A DNA stretch of 64,000 bases from the human T2T-CHM13v2.0 reference genome, Homo sapiens, in the NCBI RefSeq assembly GCF_009914755.1, contig NC_060940.1. One strand, given 5' to 3'. Shown here piece by piece: positions 1 to 64,000 of this stretch (within the stretch, counting starts at the first letter, position 1; the number at the start of each line of letters is the position of its first letter). Under the pieces are notes generated by a model. It was not told the DNA's origin and ran no database searches. It saw nothing but the letters and a program-made list of their open reading frames with translations. The position numbers were made by a program, and so were the translations under genes.

Positions 1-484
1 ATTTATATTTCTAGGAACTGTCTGTTGCCCATGATCCTATTAGGTGATTTGTCTTTTTCTTATTATTCACAGTTAACAATTGTAAACTTTTTCCTTCTTT
101 TTTACAGTTATTCTTTATAAGGAAAATTAGTTTTAATTCTATATAAAACATTTTATATAATCAATTTTAATTATATATAAAATAATACCTAGTCCCCCAT
201 GAATTTGCTGTATTATTGCAATAAATAATTCTTATTTGATGCATAGACCTGAGATTTAATTCTTTTTTTTTTTTTTTTTTGAGATGGAGTCTTACTCTAT
301 TGCCCAGGCTGGAGTGCAGTGGTGCCATTTCGGCTCACTTCAAGCTCTGCCTCCCGGGTTCACTCCATTCTCCTGCCTCAGCCTCCTGAGTAGCTGGGAT
401 TACAGGTGCCCACCACCAGGCCCGGCTAATTTTTTGTATTTTTAGTAGAGATGGGGTTTCACCATGTTAGCCAGGATGGTCTCA

Positions 485-574
<90 letters not shown>

Positions 575-827
575 TTAAAAAATGCTTTCAGCTCATTTTA
601 CCTTAGCTCTACCCTCCACAATTCTTAAGGCTGGTATTTAATTTTTAAAATACTTTAATAGGAAATTATTTTAAAACAGTTTGTAGGTACTCAATTTAAA
701 AAGGGCTATTTATCTCCTGGAACTCAAATTATAAAAATATTTTTCTGGCCAGGAGTAGTGGCTCATGCCTGTAATCCCAGCACTTTGGGAGGCCGAGGCA
801 GGTGAATCACCTGAAGTCAGGAGTTCA

Positions 828-1028
<201 letters not shown>

Positions 1029-1232
1029 TCAGAAAAAAAAATATATTTTTTTCTCCATCTCAAAAAATAGAAAAAATTCTCACCAAACTATCACTACTGT
1101 TTATGCATTGATTTGCCTTCTGGGCCATTAAGTAGATTTCGAGTCTGACAGATATTTCTGTGGAATTCTGTGTCTCTAAGTTCTATGTCCTTTTTTATGG
1201 TTTGACTCTAATACTTTAATTTTGCTTAACAG

Positions 1233-33327
<32,095 letters not shown>

Positions 33328-34716
33328 GACTCATTGTGTGGTTTGAGACTGTACTGAGTATTGTTTCAGGGAAGATGAAGTTCTATTGGAAATGTGAACT
33401 GTGCCACATACTAATATAAATTACTGTTGTTTGTGCTTCACTGGGATTTTGGCACAAATATGTGCCTGAAAGGTAGGCTTTCTAGGAGGGGAGTCAGCTT
33501 GTCTAACTTCATGTACATGTAGAACCACGTTTGCTGTCCTACTACGACTTTTCCCTAAGTTACCATAAACACATTTTATTCACAAAAAACACTTCGAATT
33601 TCAAGTGTCTACCAGTAGCACCCTTGCTCTTTCTAAACATAAGCCTAAGTATATGAGGTTGCCCGTGGCAACTTTTTGGTAAAACAGCTTTTCATTAGCA
33701 CTCTCCAGGTTCTCTGCAACACTTCACAGAGGCGAGACTGGCTGTATCCTTTGCTGTCGGTCTTTAGTACGATCAAGTTGCAATATACAGTGGGACTGCT
33801 AGACTTGAAGGAGAGCAGTGATTGTGGGATTGTAAATAAGAGCATCAGAAGCCCTCCCCAGCTACTGCTCTTCGTGGAGACTTAGTAAGGACTGTGTCTA
33901 CTTGAGCTGTGGCAAGGCTGCTGTCTGGGACTGTCCTCTGCCACAAGGCCATTTCTCCCATTATATACCGTTTGTAAAGAGAAACTGTAAAGTCTCCTCC
34001 TGACCATATATTTTTAAATACTGGCAAAGCTTTTAAAATTGGCACACAAGTACAGACTGTGCTCATTTCTGTTTAGTATCTGAAAACCTGATAGATGCTA
34101 CCCTTAAGAGCTTGCTCTTCCGTGTGCTACGTAGCACCCACCTGGTTAAAATCTGAAAACAAGTACCCCTTTGACCTGTCTCCCACTGAAGCTTCTACTG
34201 CCCTGGCAGCTCGCCTGGGCCCAACTCAGAAACAGGAGCCAGCAGAGCACTCTCTCACGCTGATCCAGCCGGGCACCCTGCTTAAGTCAGTAGAAGCTCG
34301 CTGGCACTGCCCGTTCCTACTTTTCCGAAGTACTGCGTCACTTTGTCGTAAGTAATGGCCCCTGTGCCTTCTTAATCCAGCAGTCAAGCTTTTGGGAGAC
34401 CTGAAAATGGGAAAATTCACACTGGGTTTCTGGACTGTAGTATTGGAAGCCTTAGTTATAGTATATTAAGCCTATAATTATACTCTGATTTGATGGGATT
34501 TTTGACATTTACACTTGTCAAAATGCAGGGGGTTTTTTTTGGTGCAGATGATTAAACAGTCTTCCCTATTTGGTGCAATGAAGTATAGCAGATAAAATGG
34601 GGGAGGGGTAAATTATCACCTTCAAGAAAATTACATGTTTTTATATATATTTGGAATTGTTAAATTGGTTTTGCTGAAACATTTCACCCTTGAGATATTA
34701 TTTGAATGTTGGTTTC

Positions 34717-34722
34717 AATAAA
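34717..34722 (+). terminator. PDXDC1 proximal poly(A) signal AATAAA
   Basis: AATAAA about 1.4 kb after the PDXDC1 stop, preceded by U-rich sequence. Confidence 0.7.
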
Positions 34723-34924
34723 GGTTCTTGAAATTGTTACCAGTGAATTCAGTTTATAAATCTTATTACAAAAGACTTACCCACGTACCTGAAATAGCTG
34801 CCGATAGACCAGTGAGAGGTAGGTTCTCCTCTGCCCGTTATTACCGACCAAAAAAAAAACTGGACATCAATTTTTTAGTAAACCAAAAAATAAGTCTCAA
34901 CAAATGCCTTTGCCAAAATAAGGT

Positions 34925-34930
34925 TTTATT
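34925..34930 (-). terminator. NTAN1 poly(A) signal AATAAA
   Basis: tttatt on + strand about 150 nt beyond the NTAN1 TAA. Confidence 0.75.
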
Positions 34931-35082
34931 TTGAAAGTCATTTGATGAAAGTCATTTGAAAGACACTGAGGAGGGAAGGAGGCCTAAGACCCAACAGATG
35001 TAGGATCCAGATCTGGATTCGTGCCAGCCCCACCAATGGTCTGTCAGGCCAAGAAGGTGCTTTCTTTGGTAATTCATGTTTT

Positions 35083-53023
<17,941 letters not shown>

Positions 53024-53523
53024 CGCGGAGGCGGCCGCCCAGGCAGGCCCAGGGAGGCGGCGGCCCCCCGCTTTGCAGCCCCGGGCCGCCCGCCGCCCCC
53101 GCCCCTCGGGCCGCGCGTCCCGCCTCGTCCTGCCCCGCCCCACCGCGGGCGCTGCCGGGAAGTGGAGTCCAGGCGGAGGCGGTGCCGGCCGAAGAGACTG
53201 GAGAAATCCAGGACATGGCCGCAAGGCCTCACGGGAAATGTAGTCCAAAGCCAGGAAGTGGCCCTGGAAGCAGCGCGCGGCCCGCCTCCTCCGCAAGGGG
53301 CGCTGGGAAGTGTAGTCCCAAAAGCGTGGGAGTGAAGGAGCGGGGAAAGGAGAGCTGCCAGGGAGCAGCTGCACCAGCCAAGAGAGCCTCCGGGCGAGTT
53401 CCTGGGGCGGGTTCTGGCTCCGACTGCTGCGCTTTAGGTCATTGCTCCACGCTTCCCAGGTGTGTGACCTTCCACAAGCTTGAGTTTGGGACCCTGCTGT
53501 GCAGCTCCGTAGGATTGCATTCA

Positions 53524-53688
<165 letters not shown>

Positions 53689-54370
53689 TTAAAAATTAAC
53701 TGGGCACGGTGGCATGCACCTGTGATCCCAGCCACTCTGTAGGCTGAGGCGGGAGGATCTCTTGACCCCAGGAGTGGGAGGCTGCAATGAGCTATGTTTG
53801 GGCACTGCAGAGGGACACTCTGTTTCTGAAAATAATAAAAATAAATGTAAACGGTCTTAAACTGAGAAAATAGATCCTGAACTGTGCTAGCCCCACGTAC
53901 TAAAGAGATCATCGATTAACACGTCGTGATTGGAATGCAATAGGCCACTCACAGGTGGGCTGGGAACCGTGGGGGAAGGATTTGCGGATACTGACTGCAG
54001 AGCCCCTAATCTGAGGACAGGTCCCCAAGGTGAGAGGCGTCTCACCGTGGAGCTCTCTTCTAAAACTTGGAAATATTGCTCAAATTCATCCAACTCTGCA
54101 GCACATTAACAAAAAGTAATTTTACAAAAGATACAGAGGAGCCACATGATACAGCAGAAACTTTATTAGAATTTTATCATCTGTATTCATCGTCTTCTTT
54201 CATAAATCTCCCCCTCAGCTTACACACCCCGTTCAACAAAAATACCAGGAAATTTACTAAAGAAATGACTGTAGAAGATGGTGTTCCCATCGCCAGGTTA
54301 CCCAACTTCTCACCCAAAATAACTCTATTTCTAGCTACCAGGAAATTATTTCTCTGTATTATTACACCTA

Positions 54371-54463
54371 CATTTCTCATTTGTCCTTACAAATGTAGGA
54401 GCTACTATCAACACCTCATTTGTCATTTGTCCTCACAAATGTAGGAGCTACTATCAACACCTC
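54371..54463. repeat. 46-bp tandem duplication
   Basis: two near-identical copies of cattt..tcatttgtcct.acaaatgtaggagctactatcaacacct. Confidence 0.9.
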
Positions 54464-57099
54464 CGTTATAACAGATACAGTAACTTGCTCAAAGTGGTAG
54501 AAATAAGTAGTAGAACGAAGACTGAACCTAGCTTTGCATGATTCCAAAGGCAGTGCTCTCCATCACTATAAGATGCTCCTAGACTGTACTGTAAACAACT
54601 CATTCTAATGCAGGTGACATTAAGTAAGTCCCAACTAGGAAGCTCGGAGCTAAAAACAGGGTTTGAAACCAGGGTGATCAATGACCAGCAGGCTGGCCTG
54701 GAGCAAGTTACTTAACTTCCCTGAACTGGTTTTGTAGAATAGCATGTTTGTTTCACCTGGTACATACTAAACACTAAAGATAGCTATTATTGGAATTGCA
54801 GAGCAAAGAGTAGTCAATCAAAGTGAGGCATTTGGAAGTGCAAAGGTGAAGAACAAGGTTCTGTGGGTTCTGCCTGGGGCTGGTGCAGTTTGCCTAACTG
54901 GTTTTTCACTTTTGGGTGATCTTTTTTCAAGTAATCTCAGGTTATCAATCTCCTAGGCTGAGTACTGTGTTAAAGGACTAAATGAGCCAGATAACAAGCA
55001 GGAAACCACTCCCCTACCTCTCTTCCCACCCAGCTCCACAAATTTTGGTCTACAGGCAATGAGGAAGCAATAGCAGGTGTGTGGCCAGCACTGCGGCTCA
55101 TGCCTGTAACCCCAGCACTTTGAAAGGCCGAAGGAGGACTCACTTGAGCCCAGAAGTTCGAGACGAGCCTGGACAACACAGGGATCCCTGCTTCTCCAAC
55201 AAATACAAAAATTAGCTGGGCATGGTGGCAGGCCTGTAGTCCCAGCTACTCGGGAGGATCAATCAAGCCCTAGAGGTCAAGGCTGCAATGAGGCACGACT
55301 GTGCCACTGCACTCCTGCCTGGGTGATTACAGCAAGACCGTCTCAAAAAAAAAAGAAAAAGAAAAAGAAAGCACTAATTACAATGTTGGAAAGCCTGTTT
55401 CTTTAAGATAGGAAACCAACCTGCCTCACAAGATGGCTGATGGCAAAGTTCAAAGAATATATACAGGGAAATATTTTTTAAATTACACTTTTTTGAGGCC
55501 AGACATGGTGGCTCACGCCTGTAATCCCAGCACTTTGGGAGGCCGAGGCGGACAGATTGCTTGAGGTTAGGAGTTCAAGACCAGCCTGGCCAACATAGTG
55601 AAACTCCATCTCTACTAAAAATACAAAAATTAGCCAGGCATGGTGGTGCGTACCTGTAGTCCCAGCTACTCAGGAGACTGAGGTGGGCGGATCACTTGAG
55701 CCCAGGAGGCGGAGGTTGCAGTTGTTGAGCTGTGATTGCACCACTGCACTCCAGCCTGGGTGACAGAGTGAGACTCTTGTCTCAAAAAAAAGAATGATGA
55801 ACATTATACAGAACCTTAGTAAATATTTAGTGAAAGGATCCCAATTTGTGTTTCAAATTTTTTAATGTAGAGATGGGGGTCTCACTATGTTGCCCCAGCT
55901 GATCTCAAACTCCTGGCTTCAAGAGATCCTTTTGCTGGCCTCCCCAAGTGCTCAGATTACAGGCATGAGCTACCACACCTGGCCCCAAATTATTAGATAC
56001 ATTATAAATCCTACTCAACCATCCAGAGTCAGACTGAAACACACAAAAGCATTTGATGGAAGAAAACATGGTGGAGCTTTGGATGTTCAATTAGTTGAAA
56101 CAAGAAAAGTATGCAGTTGTACACCAATGAACAGTTCTCAAGGCAGCCTGCACCTTCGAATCACCAGGGGGCTTTAAAAACCATCCATGTCCAGACCCCT
56201 CTTCTGGAGACTGATTCAATCAAAGGTTGAGTTGGTGTGTGACGTGAGCCTGGGCATCCTTAGTTTCTCAGCACTCCAAGGGACTGATTCTAGGGCACAG
56301 CCAGGGTTAAGAACCACCATCGTAAGCACTGCCCGGCAAGGGAAACACGCTGGTTCCTCCTCTCCAGTTCAGATCTAAGTTGGTACCAGGGAGGTAGGTA
56401 TTATGGAAGAAATAGAAGTTATCTTTAACCAAAAAAAACTTCCCATGGAAGTGCTTCCTTTCTTGCAAGAAAACAACAGCCATTAACTTGTACATGCATC
56501 GAATCCTTAAAGCCTTACACTAGTATCTTATTCCCATTTTACAGTTTAATTAGCGCTCAGAGAGGTTAGGTAACTTGCTCAACGTCAAACAGCTAGCTAG
56601 GAAAGGAAGCCCATGGCACTTGGTAAGTTGACTTGTAAAAATTCAGCCACTTCTCATCAAGGAAGACCAAACCAGAGCACACAGACAAAAGGACAGACCC
56701 TGGAGACTCCTACAACTGACAGCTTTTTAGTGAAAGGAAAAATTCCCATTGTTGGCATGTAATTTATAAGGAGATTTCACAGTATTTTTCCCCATAGATG
56801 TCCCTTCAAAGCATGTAACTTTTTGAAAGAAGTGTCTGCTTCCCTTGGACCTGCTCAAGCCTCAATCACTCTTTGCTGGGTGTGATTAAGGAGAGTCGCG
56901 GATACTTCATATAGTGCACACGGAAACCATCCTCACCCCGGCATGCAATGAATTCCATCAAGCTCCCCGCCACACCAGCACTATTTCTCCCTCTTCAACA
57001 GCAATGCCTCAGGAGTTTTCCACTGCAAAATGCTTTAATACATTAAATTAAAAAAAAAAAAACAAAACAGAAATTGAAAGAACATGTATTGAGGTACCT

Positions 57100-57105
57100 T
57101 TTATT
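57100..57105 (-). terminator. RRN3 poly(A) signal AATAAA
   Basis: tttatt on + strand, followed on the - strand by a U-rich downstream element; ends an AU-rich 3'UTR of about 1.7 kb. Confidence 0.7.
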
Positions 57106-58795
57106 GGTATAAGAACGTAAGTTCCAGATTAACCATGTCATTGTTTCATTTTCACCATGGATTTTTTTTCACAAACTCCTTTGAAATTAAACAGACTTAT
57201 ATGTAAATGTCTTTCTACATTAAAACTACTTCCCAACCCACAAAGACCCCACTTACTACTAATTTCTGGGGAATTTCGTTTACTCGTTTTATCTAATATT
57301 AAAAAATCAACATTTTGCCAGCAGTTAAAAAGACAACCTTAAAGTTCTCAAATTACTTTCCACCAAACCCGGAAAAGAAAACCACCCATATCCAAAACTT
57401 TAAAGCAATAAAAATTTCTATTTTCCAAAAAAGTATTTACAGACTGAAATTCAAACTCTACATTGCCATCAATGTAATTATACAAGTGCATACAAAGCCC
57501 TGGAAAAGAGGAAGTATTTCATTACAAAATATTTATGATCAAGAAAATATTGCTTGCCTTTAAATAAAGTGGCAGAAAATAAATATGCTTAAAGATGGCC
57601 ATTTTCACAAGTAAACAAAAAAGTACACATGTAAGAAACAAAGTGAAAATGCTTGAGCTTCAAAATGACTCTAGCAGTGTTTGCACAAATTTGTTTTAAA
57701 GCGAGGTCTTCTGAAGACTTCCTCTGTTTAGTTATAAAAATACAAAAAGAGGCTTTAGAGAAGGATTTCACCAAGCCGAATGTGCGATGCACACAGCCAT
57801 CAGACCAAGACTGCACTAGCAACTTCCACCTATTGTTGTGAGCAAAACCGTACACCAAATAATCTAAAAAAATTTTCCTGTTTCCAACAAAGAAATTCCC
57901 AATAACTAAGTGATGCAGATCAAAACTGACTCGATCTAATGGCCACCAAGGAGCAGTTCTAGATCTAAGGGGACACTTGAGAGCCAAGGGGTCAAATCCA
58001 ATCTCATGTGTTTTACACAAGCCCGAACTCACTTTCAGTCTGTGTGAATTACATCTACCTGGACCTCCATTTTTGTCTTTTAAATCCATTTTTTCGCTGT
58101 GCCAAGTATATTACACATCTGATTCTGTTTCCCTATATCCTCTCTCTCTTCCCTATGGGCTTTTATTGGTCTCTGAAGTCCCTGGAGATCTTCAGTGCCA
58201 GCTCCAACTCTGTGTCCCAGACCATGTCGGGCCAGCTCTCAGCTTTCCTTCTGTCTTCTCTACACTCCCTTGAAATCCCAACAGACAAATACCAATACAG
58301 CAGAAGGTGAACAATGTAGCCAAAATAAACACTTTCTAGTTAAAGTCTTTAAATAGAAGTTTTATCTTAGAGGATTCTTCACTGAAAGCTCATCAGTCAA
58401 GTCCTAAGACCATGGATCTGACAAAAACCCATGTTAAAACAGCAACCCGTAAAACAGTCTGCTGCCTATATTAGAAATTACCCAGTAATTGTGTCAAAAA
58501 GCTGTTAACACAAAAAATGTACATATTAAACAAGCAAATCCTTCCAAATGTATCATCAACCCCACTGTAAAAGATTGCACATGATAGTCTTCATTTTGTC
58601 TGTAAGGGGAACAACAACAACAAAAAAACCCAGTCTTCAGATGCTTGATTCAGTCGAACCTGGAAGTGCCACAGCCGAGGCAGGCACTCGCTCTAGTTCA
58701 ATGCCATCAATGCCCAATGGCACAAGCTGGGTGCTGAGGGCATGACAAGTGATGGGGAATCCCAAATGTCACATCTCAGTCACAAATTTCTGCCG

Positions 58796-62423
<3,628 letters not shown>

Positions 62424-62666
62424 CTGTGGAACAAAAAAACAACACAGACAGAGGCATTAACATGCTGGAGTGACTCGGTGCAGATGTGAGCTGCGTGTGA
62501 CAACTGTACCTACCACAGAGAAATTGCTGAATATAACAAGTGCTAGTAAAAATAACAATATAAAGCAGAAAGTAACACTTTTAGGGTACCGTTCTATGGG
62601 TCTTCTATTTGCAAGTTTGCTAAGGAGAAAGAAAACGTGGCTATCACTCAGAATGTGAAACTGGGC

Positions 62667-62731
62667 TTATATTTTAATGAGTAATAGATATTATTCATTA
62701 TATTTTAATGAGTAATAGATACTATTCATTA
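62667..62731. repeat. 31-bp tandem duplication
   Basis: ttatattttaatgagtaatagata(t/c)tattca x2. Confidence 0.9.
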
Positions 62732-63498
62732 AAAATAAATGTTTGCAAGGCAAAACTCTTAGATTACGTAACTATAGGTGTCTTTATTTTTACTGTTTGC
62801 AAAAGAATTAGAAGGTTGGTGGTAAAGGGATTCAGGAGTTACTCAGGAGGAAATAGTGGTTGGTGAAGAGACTTGCTGAAGAAGCACTGAAAAAGAAATA
62901 AGCCTTTACTGAAGGAGGGACACGGGGTTGACTAAGTCATGACCTCAAAAACAGGCACAGAAAGGACTAGGCATGCCGAGTGAGAACAGTTAAATGCATA
63001 GAAGAAAACATAAAATAAAGACAATTATGTTTTTAATTTTTCCAGTAGTTGTCTCTAAATGATTGAGCAACTTGAAAAATTATCTATTGGACAGCTTCTC
63101 CAAGATGAGGACTCAGATCTCACTTCTGTCACTCTCCATCTCAGGTTCTCAGGTCACCATGGCAACTTCAAGCCACATACTTTGATTTCTGTCCTGTTAG
63201 CCAAGGCTCACAGCACTTGACCCCTCCTCCTGGTGGAGGACACATCAGCAAAACCACACTGGAGGGTGGTTTGCACTATCAGGTAAAGTTGAAGATCTGC
63301 ATCTCCTACAACCCCGCAGCTGACCGCACTTCCGGGTGTGTGACAAGGAAGCATGTGCCCACACACAAGAATGTTCCTGAGCACTAAAACACTAACACAG
63401 CCGGCTGGGCACGGTGGCTCACACCTGTAATCCCAGCACTTTGGGAGGTTGAGGCAGGCGGTTCACTTGAGCTCAGGAGTTTGAGACCAGCCTGGTCA

Positions 63499-63711
<213 letters not shown>

Positions 63712-64000
63712 CTAACAGATGAAATCCCAACAAAGACTCAATAAAAAAGATTCCCAGAACATAACACAGCAGTTAAAATCAAAATAAAGCTTTGTGTCAA
63801 TATGGTTCAATCTCAAAAGCATCAAGCAGGCAAAAGCAACAGCTACAGAATGGTACACGCCTTTATTTACCATATCTGTACCTAGGCAGAGACTTTTATT
63901 TCAATCCCCTGCTCTTAGCCTCACATCGCATCACACTCTGTGCCTCCAATGCGCATGCCAACCCCAAATCGAGAGCCCCTGGACCAGATGGTTCACAAAT

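Noticed and set aside
34500-34523. 8-bp stem-loop in the PDXDC1 3'UTR
   Set aside because: A short AU-rich stem is expected by chance, and it matches no known element class.

Overview
This is human genomic DNA, recognisable as chr16p13.11, and it is very Alu-rich (roughly 55 Alu/FLAM copies). It holds three protein-coding genes. (1) PDXDC1, + strand: the last 19 coding exons, 1233-33327; the 5' exons lie upstream of the window. (2) NTAN1, - strand: complete, 10 exons, 933-nt CDS, 310 aa, with a CpG-island promoter at about 52.2-53.45 kb. It sits tail-to-tail with PDXDC1. (3) RRN3/TIF-IA, - strand: the last three coding exons and the 3'UTR. All exon boundaries were read by hand as GT-AG with consistent phases. 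Also present are the Alu-derived MIR1972 hairpin, a solo ERV1 LTR with a 4-bp TSD, and MLT1, MER2/MER3/MER5/MER58, L1, L2 and MIR relics. Nearly all ORFs in the supplied track are Alu read-throughs or chance ORFs. I found no convincing new multi-gene system. The most interesting signals are: apparent loss of the PLP Schiff-base lysine in PDXDC1; a distal PDXDC1 poly(A) signal that makes its 3'UTR antisense to the last NTAN1 exon; an ABAB 135-bp Alu-monomer array; a 50-bp templated insertion between adjacent Alus; a MIR-derived alternative NTAN1 donor; and a triple ZNF143-type promoter motif.
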